From: Candidatus Vogelbacteria bacterium
Lineage (GTDB): Bacteria > Patescibacteriota > Minisyncoccia > Phycocordibacterales > UBA12445
Direction: 5' to 3'
Assembly: GCA_016215345.1 (NCBI GenBank)
Contig: JACRKD010000043.1
Span: forward strand, 1 to 38,158
DNA: 38,158 bases
The notes beneath the pieces are model-generated. The model was not told where the DNA came from. It searched no databases and was given only the letters and a program-made list of their open reading frames with translations. Below are positions 1 through 8,559 of the stretch, piece by piece. Position 1 is the stretch's first letter, and the number at the start of each line of letters is the position of its first letter. Both the position numbers and the translations under genes were made by a program.

Positions 1-1
1 T

Positions 2-133
2 CAACTCACGCACATCTTTTCTTGTTTCGTGGCATTCATCAGGCTCGAGTTCGAACGGCTCAAAACTGGCGTAAGTTGGTATGAACAGAAAGCGCAATGG
101 GTACGGCTGGGGATAAATCAAGCTTTTGCGTAG
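2..133 (+). CDS. 3' end of an unidentified upstream gene (partial, 43 codons then TAG)
   Basis: Frame 2 is open from the window edge to TAG at 131-133 and is followed by a hairpin plus T-tract at 163-187. No recognisable motif. Confidence 0.25.
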   Translation, partial: QLTHIFSCFVAFIRLEFERLKTGVSWYEQKAQWVRLGINQAFA

Positions 134-162
134 GTACTACATGTATTGACTGACGTTTTGGT

Positions 163-187
163 CCGACCAGATGGTCGGCCTTTTGTT
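163..187 (+). terminator. Putative intrinsic terminator
   Basis: Stem CCGACC (163-168) pairs with GGTCGG (173-178), loop AGAT, followed by CCTTTTGTTT. Confidence 0.5.
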
Positions 188-263
188 TAGGTACACAGGT
201 CGGTCCTGTGTGGTGGGATTTTGTCAAATTTGTAAAAAGGTTGGAAAGGGATAGAATGGCGGT

Positions 264-1550
264 ATGAAAGAGGCCTTGGTAATTCAGGGGTTGGATGGGA
301 AGAAAACTCTTGCTGGTTCCATCAATATTAACGGCGCCAAGAACGCGGCGCTCCAAGCCTTCGCGATGAGTTTGCTGTTCAAGGACGAAGTTATTTTGAA
401 AAATGTTCCGGAGATTGAGGATGTGAAAAATATGGTGGAGATTTTGAAAAGTCTCGGGGTTAAGGTAGAAAGAAAATCGAAAGGGGTTTACGCGATTAAG
501 ACACCAAAGAAAATTTCCACGAACTTACCGGAAGAAATTTCTAAAAAATTCAGGGCGTCAATAGTTTTGTCGGGGCCAATTTTGGCCCGCTTCGGTTCGG
601 TGGGTTTTCCTCACCCCGGGGGTTGCGTTATTGGTCTACGGCCGATCGACGTTTTTTTGAATGGATTTGAAAAGTTCGGGGTGAAAATAAAAGAAAGTGA
701 AAATGGATATTTGATACGTTCCGACCAGAAATTGAAGGGATCGAAGATATTTCTTCGAATTCCTAGCGTTACTGGCGCGCAGACGCTCATGATGGCCGCT
801 CTCTTGGCTAGGGGAAAAACTATAATAAAGAATGCGCCACTAGAACCGGAGACGAAGAACCTTGCGGATTTTATGAATCTTTGCGGGGCGAAAATAAAAG
901 GCGCGGGAACATCAACGATCGAGATTATTGGCACCGGTCCATTTTCCGCCGATGGGAAGGTTTTTGTTACTCCACCTGATCGCATAGAGGCTGGAAGTTT
1001 TATTATACTTGGAGCAGTTGCGGGGAATAGACTAGAGATAAAAAACTGCAATCCGGAAGATTTTGAATCATTGTTGGAAACTTTAAAATATTGCGGAGTA
1101 AACATAGAAGTTTCTAAAAACAAGGTTGTTGTTATGGGAAATAAATCTGACAACTATAATTCTACCGATATAAAAACTCATGAATATCCGGGCTTCCCTA
1201 CAGATCTCCAAGCTCCAATGACAGTTTTTCTTACACAAGCGGAAGGTGAGGGTTTAATATTCGAAACTATTTTTGAGGGGCGCTTAAATTATACGAGTGA
1301 ACTTGTAAGGATGGGCGCCGACGTTCGTCTGTGGGATCCGCATCGGGCAACGGTTAAGGGGCCTACGCCGCTTCGTGGACGAGAGGTGGAGTCTCCGGAC
1401 ATAAGGGCTGGGCTCGCTTTCATAATTGCGGCTATTATTGCAAATGGCGAGTCGATAATTCATAATGTCCACTACATTGATAGGGGATACGAAAAAATAG
1501 AAGACCGTCTTAGGAAGATTGGAGCGGACATTAAGCGGGTTAGTATATAG
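264..1550 (+). CDS. murA: UDP-N-acetylglucosamine 1-carboxyvinyltransferase
   Basis: 428 aa. N-terminal ININGAKNAALQ and active-site loop HPGGCVIGLRPID are typical of the MurA/EPSP-synthase fold. Confidence 0.95.
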   Translation: MKEALVIQGLDGKKTLAGSININGAKNAALQAFAMSLLFKDEVILKNVPEIEDVKNMVEILKSLGVKVERKSKGVYAIKTPKKISTNLPEEISKKFRASIVLSGPILARFGSVGFPHPGGCVIGLRPIDVFLNGFEKFGVKIKESENGYLIRSDQKLKGSKIFLRIPSVTGAQTLMMAALLARGKTIIKNAPLEPETKNLADFMNLCGAKIKGAGTSTIEIIGTGPFSADGKVFVTPPDRIEAGSFIILGAVAGNRLEIKNCNPEDFESLLETLKYCGVNIEVSKNKVVVMGNKSDNYNSTDIKTHEYPGFPTDLQAPMTVFLTQAEGEGLIFETIFEGRLNYTSELVRMGADVRLWDPHRATVKGPTPLRGREVESPDIRAGLAFIIAAIIANGESIIHNVHYIDRGYEKIEDRLRKIGADIKRVSI

Positions 1551-1597
1551 CATCGGGTGTTTAGCGTCTGCCAGTAGGCAGGTTGATATAAAACTAA

Positions 1598-2611
1598 ATG
1601 GGATTTTTCACCAAAAAACTGGGGATAGATTTGGGAACTGCGAATACGCTGGTTTTTGCCCCGGGTAGAGGAATAGTTTTGAATGAGCCGTCGGTTGTGG
1701 CTGTTTCTGAAATGGACAATAAGATTTTGGCTGTAGGGGCGGATGCTAAAGACATGATAGGAAAGACTCCGGACAGTATTGTCGCTTATCGGCCTATGAG
1801 AGACGGGGTTATCGCCGATTATCGAGTTACCGAAGCGATGCTTCGTTATTATATAAATAAGGCACTTAAGAAGTGGGATATTTTTAGGCCGGAAGTTATG
1901 ATCTCTGTTCCCGCCGGCGTAACCTCGACAGAGAGACGAGCGGTAATTGAGTCCGCGATAAAGGCCGGAGCCAAGAGCGCGTATGTGGTTAAGGAACCGA
2001 TTCTCGCGGCCATTGGCGCTGGCATTCCAATTTATGAACCGCGGGGACACATGATTGTAGACATCGGTGGAGGAACGACTGATGTCGCGGTGATCTCTCT
2101 TGGCGGAATTGTCGCTTCTACTTCTGTTAAGTGCGCCGGCAATAAAATTGATCAAGCCATAGCAGACTATATTAAGAAAACTTTTAATTTGGCAATAGGG
2201 GATCAGATGGCCGAGGATATAAAGGTTAAGATTGGGACGGCGGTGCCGATGGATGACGAAATTTCTTTGACGATTAAGGGGCGGGATTTTATGAGCGGCC
2301 TTCCGAGAACAGCGATTATAACCAGCAACGAAATTGTTAAGGCCCTGGACAATGAGTTGCGGCTCATAATCAAGGCCATAAAAGAGGTTCTTCAAGAGAC
2401 TCCGCCGGAGCTTTCCGCCGACATTATAGATCAGGGGATAACTATGACCGGTGGGTCATCCCTTCTTCGTAATATGCCGGAATTGGTTTTTAGAAAAACT
2501 GGCGTTAAGGCAGTCTTGGCCGAAGACGCGCTGTTTTGCGTTGTTAAGGGGACAGGAGTCGCCCTTGATCATCTTGACGTTTACAAGAGGTCTATAATTT
2601 CTAAGAGATAA
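1598..2611 (+). CDS. mreB: MreB/Mbl-type actin-like rod-shape protein (paralog 1)
   Basis: 337 aa. Contains IDLGTANTLV, DIGGGTTDVAVISLGG and the C-terminal GTG motif region of the actin-like ATPase family. Confidence 0.9.
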   Translation: MGFFTKKLGIDLGTANTLVFAPGRGIVLNEPSVVAVSEMDNKILAVGADAKDMIGKTPDSIVAYRPMRDGVIADYRVTEAMLRYYINKALKKWDIFRPEVMISVPAGVTSTERRAVIESAIKAGAKSAYVVKEPILAAIGAGIPIYEPRGHMIVDIGGGTTDVAVISLGGIVASTSVKCAGNKIDQAIADYIKKTFNLAIGDQMAEDIKVKIGTAVPMDDEISLTIKGRDFMSGLPRTAIITSNEIVKALDNELRLIIKAIKEVLQETPPELSADIIDQGITMTGGSSLLRNMPELVFRKTGVKAVLAEDALFCVVKGTGVALDHLDVYKRSIISKR

Positions 2612-3361
2612 ATGCTATCACTTTTTGAGCATCACGCGAATCTCCTTGTTGGGAACACAGAGAGTAGTTTTTCGCATTTGAAAAAAGAGCTGGAAAAATA
2701 TTTAGGAACGAAGGCGAATGCTCACTCTGATTACTTCGAGTTGGTTGTTCCGGCCTTCGAAGTCGAAGACAGCCGGTTGTTACGAGAAAAAGCTCAAACC
2801 GTTGGCTTGTCTCCTAAGGGTAGGTTTTTTGTTATTTCCGCTAACTCTTTTACTCGCGAGGCGCAGAATGCATTACTCAAACTTTTTGAGGAGCCGGTTG
2901 TCGGACATCATTTTTATATTCTTGTTTCAGATGCCGAAATAATTTTACCAACGCTTAAATCCCGTATGGAAATTTCATATTTTGATGGTGGCAATCAGGG
3001 GGGAGAGTATAAGCAATTCGCGGAGAAGTTTTTAGAAGAAGATGTTTTAGGGCGGACTATTTTAATTGAGAAACTTGTTAAGGATGAAGAGGGTGATGAA
3101 GAGAAGGCGCTCCGACACAAAACAAAAGAGATTTTAAATCAGATCGAAGGAATTTTGGCTTCTAGTTTGGATCAAAAAGTTGACGATGAAAGGGACGAAA
3201 CCGCCCATTTTTTGCATGAGCTTCTGCGAGTCAAAAGTTATTTGAATGATACTTCTCCGTCTGTAAAAATGATTTTGGAATACCTTTCTTTTGTCTGTCC
3301 GACCGCCTTTTTATTTGACATCTCTGTATTTGATGTGTTAGACTCTAGAAAAGAGAGATGA
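2612..3361 (+). CDS. holB: DNA polymerase III delta-prime-like clamp-loader subunit
   Basis: 249 aa. NALLKLFEEPVVGHHFYILV...LPTLKSRMEI matches the clamp-loader LLKtLEEP...TI.SR pattern. The Walker A motif is degenerate, as is usual for delta-prime. Confidence 0.7.
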   Translation: MLSLFEHHANLLVGNTESSFSHLKKELEKYLGTKANAHSDYFELVVPAFEVEDSRLLREKAQTVGLSPKGRFFVISANSFTREAQNALLKLFEEPVVGHHFYILVSDAEIILPTLKSRMEISYFDGGNQGGEYKQFAEKFLEEDVLGRTILIEKLVKDEEGDEEKALRHKTKEILNQIEGILASSLDQKVDDERDETAHFLHELLRVKSYLNDTSPSVKMILEYLSFVCPTAFLFDISVFDVLDSRKER

Positions 3362-3410
3362 TGGATCGTTGAAAGTGGAGTAGGTGTTTTTTTAGAGAAA
3401 CTGGTCAATA

Positions 3411-4385
3411 GTGGCCGGAAGGGAGTTCCACCATGGACCCTATCTCTATACTCATGAAGATCCGGATATCGATGCCGTAAGTTCTTTGTGGGGAAGCGTG
3501 AGGTTTGTTCCCGGCATGAAAGATGCTCGCATCATTTTGGTTAGTGGTAATTGGGATGGAATTGGCATGAGAGACTGTGATATGGCCGTAGACGTGAGAG
3601 CTGGCGGTCGTGGAATTAAGGGGGAACTGGAAACCCTACCGGACGGTAAGGCAATTATTCACTCCAGCTTCAAGTATATCATTGACCATTATGCTCCGGA
3701 GGACGATCGGAAGGCCCTCCTGCCCTGGGTTCGCTTTATTGATCTACAGGATTCCCGTGGTTCGGCCGTCGGCGAGCTAGTTAGAAGCACCAACGATCCA
3801 GACGCCATGTGGATTCTTAGTATGAGCACTTTTAGCGCGGTACTCGCAGCCCTGAAGTTGGTTCATGGTAAGAGCTCGTTGGTTGTTATCCAAAGAGTCT
3901 TTGAGATTTTTGATGGGTTTCTCGAGATTGGTCGTGGAAATGTCCGCGCTGAAAAGGAGGCCGACCAAGCGCAACTCTTTGGAGGCGGGCAGGTTGCTCT
4001 GGTTACCGACAAGAAGGAAGTTAGGACTGATCATGTTCTGTGGGAGAGAGGAGTCGTCGCTATCGTTTTCGTCGAAGGGAACAATATCGGAGTTCTTCGA
4101 ACGAGGCATGATCGCGGTGGAGTTCTCTGTAACGACGGTTCACTATTTTCCGCCAGTCACCCGAGGCTTCTCGAAATCATCTCGAAGGCCGGAGAGACGG
4201 TTGGAGATTTCAGCGCTGATTGGTTTGCCCACCCGTCTGGATTTCTCTTTTGTCATGGCTCTAGGAAGGCGATGGCCAAGTATCCGTCGAAAGTAAGCCC
4301 GATGGATCTTGTTCACACTCTCGTTGAACTTTTGGGAATTCCTGAAGAGCCGGAAGGCGATGGTCCAATCTGCGGATTGGATTGA
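3411..4385 (+). CDS. Hypothetical protein with degenerate DHH/DHHA1-phosphoesterase-like motifs
   Basis: 324 aa ORF with a GTG start and no clear SD. YTHEDPDIDAVSS resembles DHH motif I, IIDHY resembles a degenerate DHH motif, and FAHPSGFLFCHG resembles the DHHA1 GGGH region. A 90 nt hand count gave about 52% GC. The family call is tentative. Confidence 0.55.
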   Translation: MAGREFHHGPYLYTHEDPDIDAVSSLWGSVRFVPGMKDARIILVSGNWDGIGMRDCDMAVDVRAGGRGIKGELETLPDGKAIIHSSFKYIIDHYAPEDDRKALLPWVRFIDLQDSRGSAVGELVRSTNDPDAMWILSMSTFSAVLAALKLVHGKSSLVVIQRVFEIFDGFLEIGRGNVRAEKEADQAQLFGGGQVALVTDKKEVRTDHVLWERGVVAIVFVEGNNIGVLRTRHDRGGVLCNDGSLFSASHPRLLEIISKAGETVGDFSADWFAHPSGFLFCHGSRKAMAKYPSKVSPMDLVHTLVELLGIPEEPEGDGPICGLD

Positions 4386-4398
4386 AGGAGTGATAAGA

Positions 4399-4575
4399 AT
4401 GCCAGACTCGAAAACCACCCTAGGTACACTGATTAAGCTCGACAGCGCTTTGCGAGAAGCCGGCTTCACCGACGAGAAGATCAATGAGCTGCCCGGTAGA
4501 CCTGATGTTTTGCGCGTGGCCTTTTCACTCATGACGATCAATGACTTCTCGGAGGAAGAAGAGCCTGCCGATTGA
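4399..4575 (+). CDS. Small hypothetical protein (58 aa, acidic C-terminus EEEEPAD)
   Basis: ATG at 4399 is preceded by AAGGAG (4385-4390). It lies 14 nt after the stop of the previous ORF and is followed by a terminator. The ORF track's longer version (4309) overlaps the previous gene and lacks an RBS. Confidence 0.5.
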   Translation: MPDSKTTLGTLIKLDSALREAGFTDEKINELPGRPDVLRVAFSLMTINDFSEEEEPAD

Positions 4576-4583
4576 TGCCTGGT

Positions 4584-4609
4584 GCCTACCTCAAATGGTA
4601 GGCCTTTTT
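4584..4609 (+). terminator. Intrinsic terminator
   Basis: GCCTACC (4584-4590) pairs with GGTAGGC (4597-4603), loop TCAAAT, then CTTTTTA. Confidence 0.7.
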
Positions 4610-4661
4610 AGTTCCAGCCCGGTCTTTGCTTAAAAAGCAAAAATGAATATAATTGAAATAT

Positions 4662-5213
4662 ATGTCATACAATTTTTCACAATTAAAAGAGAGGGCGAAA
4701 GAGATTGAGAAGTGGCTCTCGGGCGAATTCGCGACGCTTAGAACTGGGCGCGTGTCTCCGGCGATCTTGGACTCGGTCCAGGTTGAAAGTTATGGCGCTA
4801 GAATGCCCATCGCCCACGTTGCGGCTGTTTCGATCGAAGATGCTAAAACCCTTCGCATCGCCCCATGGGATAAGTCGCAGATAAAGGAGATCGAACATGC
4901 TCTCGCGGCCGCGAATCTGGGAGTATCGGTTTCAGTCGACGATGTCGGCATAAGGGTATCGTTTCCGGATTTAACAGAGGATCGGCGAAAGGCGCTAGCC
5001 AAAATTGTAAATTCCAAACTTGAAGAGGCAAAGGTGACGCTACGAAAGGAGAGGGAAAGAGTTTGGAATGAAATTCAGGACAAAGAGAAAGAGGGCGGGA
5101 TGGCGGAAGACGACAAGTTTAGATACAAGGATGAGCTTCAGAAATTGGTGGATGAAACCGGAACAACTTTGGAAAGTTTGGCGGAGAGAAAAGATAAGGA
5201 GATAATGAGCTAA
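4662..5213 (+). CDS. frr: Ribosome recycling factor
   Basis: Full-length Frr-like sequence (LRTGRVSPAILDSVQVESYG...EDRRKALAK...). ATG at 4662 is preferred over the TTG at 4653 used by the ORF track. Confidence 0.95.
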   Translation: MSYNFSQLKERAKEIEKWLSGEFATLRTGRVSPAILDSVQVESYGARMPIAHVAAVSIEDAKTLRIAPWDKSQIKEIEHALAAANLGVSVSVDDVGIRVSFPDLTEDRRKALAKIVNSKLEEAKVTLRKERERVWNEIQDKEKEGGMAEDDKFRYKDELQKLVDETGTTLESLAERKDKEIMS

Positions 5214-6325
5214 TGGCGAGTCTTTTATTGTTTTTAATAATTCTTGCGGTTTTGGTCTTGTCTCACGAGTTTGGGCATTTTTTGGTTGCCAAGTTATTTG
5301 GTGTTCGCGTGGATGAATTTGGTTTCGGGTTTCCGCCTAAACTGTTTTCTTTCAAAAAAGGAGAGACCGAATACAGCCTAAACCTTTTGCCATTTGGGGG
5401 GTTCGTGAAAATTTTTGGAGAGGACAAGAGCGAGGGAGATCGCGAGGCGGGCAGATCGTTTTTGCACCAATCAAACTCCGTGCAGGCTTCGATAATTGTC
5501 GCCGGGGTTCTCTTTAATTTTCTCCTTGCTTGGGCGCTTTTGTCTATCGGTTTTATGTGGGGGCTGTCTGTTCCTGCTGACTGGTCGGAGATGGGTCAAG
5601 GGGTTGAAGACCCTCGGCTTTTGATAACTGATGTCCTCGAGGGTTCCCCGGCGGATAAGGCTGGAATTAAGGTTAACGATAACATTATTTATGCGGTGTC
5701 TAAAGATAGCGCGCTTCAATTACCGAAAGTCCAAGAGTTCGTAAATTTTATTAACGAACATAGTGGAGAGGAGCTTATCATCGGTTTCCAAAGAGATACG
5801 GGCAAAGGTTTTGGCGATACACAGGTTTTAATGATTACTCCCAAAGAAGGTCTTGTACCAGATCGCGCCGCGATTGGTGTCGGTCTCGATATGATTGGCA
5901 TCCTTAGGTTGCCAGTTCATAAGGCGATATATGTTGGTGCCATAGCGACCTATCGTTTAACTGTAAATACAATTTATGGACTTTACAGTTTTGCCAGCGG
6001 ATTTATTTTTGACGGAACTTCTTCTTTTGAGTCCGTAAGCGGGCCGGTTGGACTTATTGGCATGGTCGGCGAAACGGCCAGTATGGGGTTCTCGTACCTT
6101 CTGTCTCTTGTAGCGCTTATCTCTATTAACCTCGGCGTATTGAATATTGTCCCGTTTCCGGCGCTTGATGGAGGGCGACTCCTATTTATAATAATCGGCG
6201 CGATAAAAAAGAAGCCGATTAGGGCCGAGATCCAAAATTATATAAATATTTTCGGTTTCGCATTCTTGCTCTTGCTCATGTTTATGATCACATGGAGCGA
6301 TTTGGCTAAGGTTGTTGCGAAGTAA
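5213..6325 (+). CDS. rseP: RIP (site-2) zinc metalloprotease, M50 family
   Basis: 370 aa. Has HEFGHFLVAK (HExxH) in the first TM segment, a PDZ-like middle region, and the C-terminal NIVPFPALDGGRL motif. The start overlaps the frr stop (TAATG). Confidence 0.9.
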   Translation: MASLLLFLIILAVLVLSHEFGHFLVAKLFGVRVDEFGFGFPPKLFSFKKGETEYSLNLLPFGGFVKIFGEDKSEGDREAGRSFLHQSNSVQASIIVAGVLFNFLLAWALLSIGFMWGLSVPADWSEMGQGVEDPRLLITDVLEGSPADKAGIKVNDNIIYAVSKDSALQLPKVQEFVNFINEHSGEELIIGFQRDTGKGFGDTQVLMITPKEGLVPDRAAIGVGLDMIGILRLPVHKAIYVGAIATYRLTVNTIYGLYSFASGFIFDGTSSFESVSGPVGLIGMVGETASMGFSYLLSLVALISINLGVLNIVPFPALDGGRLLFIIIGAIKKKPIRAEIQNYINIFGFAFLLLLMFMITWSDLAKVVAK

Positions 6326-6331
6326 AACTTG

Positions 6332-6922
6332 TTACTGCATTGTTCTTCTTAGCTCTATTCCACCAAGGATTTCTACCTCTTCTTTTTTGATATAGCTGTT
6401 AATTTTGTCTGCCAAACCTTTTAAATCAATTTTAAAATGTCTTTCGATTTTTTCCAGATATGGCAGATCGATTTTATCGGGCATTTCTGCCAGTAGTTTA
6501 AGGCTACCCTTTCCGAATCCTTCTTCAAAAATTTTGAGATCGACCGTGGCGCCCTTGAAATAAGATCCATAAAGATTCATCCGTATTGTCTGTGGATTCT
6601 CATTATTGTTTTTCGCAAGGACCCTTATTATTTCATCAAGCAGAACAACTGATCTAAAGTAGGGGACGTCGATATTATAAAGATAGTCTGGCCCGTCCCT
6701 TTCGTCTCTTAGATATGCCAAGATCTCTAGGTTGATCATTTGAGTTACCGCCTCATTTAAATTGGCGAGCTTCTGTCGGCTCTGGAAAGATAGCCGTACG
6801 TTTGTAAACTCTCGTCCGATTTGGTCCGGGTCATTTATATGAAAAACACGATTCGATAGGGCATGTACCATCTCATGGCTAAAATGGTGCATTGTTTCTT
6901 CTTTCTGCGTCTTTTCTTCCAC
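6332..6922 (-). CDS. Hypothetical HExxH (zinc-metallopeptidase-like) protein
   Basis: 196 aa from a GTG start. Contains the HEMVH motif (FSHEMVHALS). No other recognisable family signature. Confidence 0.55.
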   Translation of the reverse strand: MEEKTQKEETMHHFSHEMVHALSNRVFHINDPDQIGREFTNVRLSFQSRQKLANLNEAVTQMINLEILAYLRDERDGPDYLYNIDVPYFRSVVLLDEIIRVLAKNNNENPQTIRMNLYGSYFKGATVDLKIFEEGFGKGSLKLLAEMPDKIDLPYLEKIERHFKIDLKGLADKINSYIKKEEVEILGGIELRRTMQ

Positions 6923-7057
6923 TAAAATTTCATTGGTGCTTCTTATATTTAGCCCCCTAACTCTTTGGCCCGGACGTTCTTCAATGAAGGTTATCTTTTT
7001 GATATTGGGAACTCTGGGATAGAGTGCTAACCCTAGATTCTTTTTTGCCCACTCTAA

Positions 7058-7219
7058 CTAACTCGCAATCACCGTTTCTATTTCCGTCGCTCTTTCTTGA
7101 GACATTGTCTGGTTTTTGCTTTCAAAAAATCTTAAAGTACCAAAAAATCCCGAAGCCTTTTCTTGGTACTCCTTTGAAAGGCCTCCTGCCTTGAAGCTAT
7201 GTTGGGGCAACTTTTCCAT
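7058..7219 (-). other. 53-codon ORF in the same frame as 6332-6922, separated from it only by one TAG (7058-7060)
   Basis: My manual translation reads MEKLPQHSFKAGG...ETVIAS-TAG-LEWAKKNLGL...VEEKTQKEETMHHFSHEMVH. ATG lies at 7217-7219. It is either the 5' part of a disrupted gene or a separate small ORF. Confidence 0.3.
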
Positions 7220-7297
7220 CTCGTTCACATTATATATCTTTTATTGCCAATAGATAGTATAAGACTGGCCTTTTTCTTTTTATATATTTAGAGTAAT

Positions 7298-8557
7298 ATG
7301 AGGGCGATGAGGCAATCAAAACTTTTTACAAAAACCAGGAAGGATGCGCCTAAGGACGAAGTGTCTAAGAACGCGGAGCTTCTTATTCGAGCCGGCTATA
7401 TCCACAAGGAGATGGCCGGGGTTTATTCTTATCTGCCACTCGGTTTGAACGTGATGAAAAAGATTGAGGACGTTATCAGAAAGGAGATGAATGATGTCGG
7501 AGGCATAGAAATGAAAACGTCTGTACTTCAAAGCAGGGAAGTTTGGGAAAAAACAAACAGGTGGAGCGATGATGTTGTCGATAACTGGTTTAAAACAAAA
7601 TTAAAAAATGGCGGGGAGATTGGTTTATCGTTCACTAACGAAGAGGCCTATTCAAATATACTAAAACAGTACGTTAACTCTTATAAGGACTTGCCGATTT
7701 TTCCGTACGATTTTAAAGAAATTTTTAGGAATGAGACCAGGAGTAAGTCTGGGATAATGAGAGGGAGAGAGTTTTACTGGAAAGCTCTTTATTCATTTTC
7801 CAAGGACGAGGAGGAACACAACGTTTTTTACGAAAAAATGAAAGTTGCGTATAGAAATATTTTTGAAAAGGTTGGGATCGGCGATTTGACCTATTTAACT
7901 TTCGCATCGGGCGGTACTTTCTCGAAGTTCTCTCACGAATTTCAGGCAATCACCACGGCGGGTGAGGATATTATTTATGTTGATGAGGAGAGAAGAGTGG
8001 CTATCAATAAGGAAGTTTATAGTGATGAAGTTGTTAGGAGTTTGGGACTTGACAAAGAAAAACTTGTAGAAAAGAAGGCGGTTGAAGTTGGTAATATTTT
8101 TACTCTTGGAACTAGATTTTCGGAGCCGTTTGATTTGACATATAAAAATGAAAAGGGAGAAGGTCGGCCGGTCTTTATGGGTTCTTATGGTATAGGCCTT
8201 GGCAGATTGATGGGCACTGTAGTGGAACTGTTCGCGGATGATAACGGTATAGTTTGGCCGGAGTCTATCGCGCCGTTTAAAGTTCATTTGATTGAACTCG
8301 TGTCCAAAGACGGCGCCGAGGCTGTTAAAAATAAAAGTTTGGATCTCTATGAGAAGCTCCTGGGGGCGGGAGTTTCTGTCTTATACGACGATCGCGACCT
8401 TCGGGCCGGGGAGAAGTTTGGGGACGCGGATTTAATCGGCCTGCCGTGGAGGGTTACCGTTAGCGACCGGACTTTGGCCTCCGGGCTTTACGAACTAAAG
8501 AATAGAAAGGGAGGAGAGGTCAAGATGGTAAACGAGACCGATTTGTTTAAGATATAG
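7298..8557 (+). CDS. proS: Prolyl-tRNA synthetase, short form without the INS editing insertion
   Basis: 419 aa. N-terminal KLFTKTRKDAPKDEVSKNAELLIRAGYI and class II motif 2 FRNETRSKSGIMRGREFYWK are present. The length is too short to hold the bacterial INS domain. Confidence 0.9.
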   Translation: MRAMRQSKLFTKTRKDAPKDEVSKNAELLIRAGYIHKEMAGVYSYLPLGLNVMKKIEDVIRKEMNDVGGIEMKTSVLQSREVWEKTNRWSDDVVDNWFKTKLKNGGEIGLSFTNEEAYSNILKQYVNSYKDLPIFPYDFKEIFRNETRSKSGIMRGREFYWKALYSFSKDEEEHNVFYEKMKVAYRNIFEKVGIGDLTYLTFASGGTFSKFSHEFQAITTAGEDIIYVDEERRVAINKEVYSDEVVRSLGLDKEKLVEKKAVEVGNIFTLGTRFSEPFDLTYKNEKGEGRPVFMGSYGIGLGRLMGTVVELFADDNGIVWPESIAPFKVHLIELVSKDGAEAVKNKSLDLYEKLLGAGVSVLYDDRDLRAGEKFGDADLIGLPWRVTVSDRTLASGLYELKNRKGGEVKMVNETDLFKI

Positions 8558-8559
8558 CC

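Noticed and set aside
1472-2395. 307 aa ORF on the minus strand. The same applies to other long antisense ORFs such as 611-1153, 8637-9008, 23502-24181 and 4143-4541.
   Set aside because: These lie entirely antisense to genes with unmistakable family signatures (mreB, murA, dnaK and so on). Their translations are low-complexity and Arg/Ser/Pro-rich, with no motifs, as is typical of shadow ORFs.
4309-4398. Longer 88 aa version of the small ORF, overlapping the 3' end of 3411-4385.
   Set aside because: ATG at 4399 has a consensus AAGGAG at ideal spacing. The upstream extension overlaps the preceding gene by 77 nt in another frame and has no RBS.
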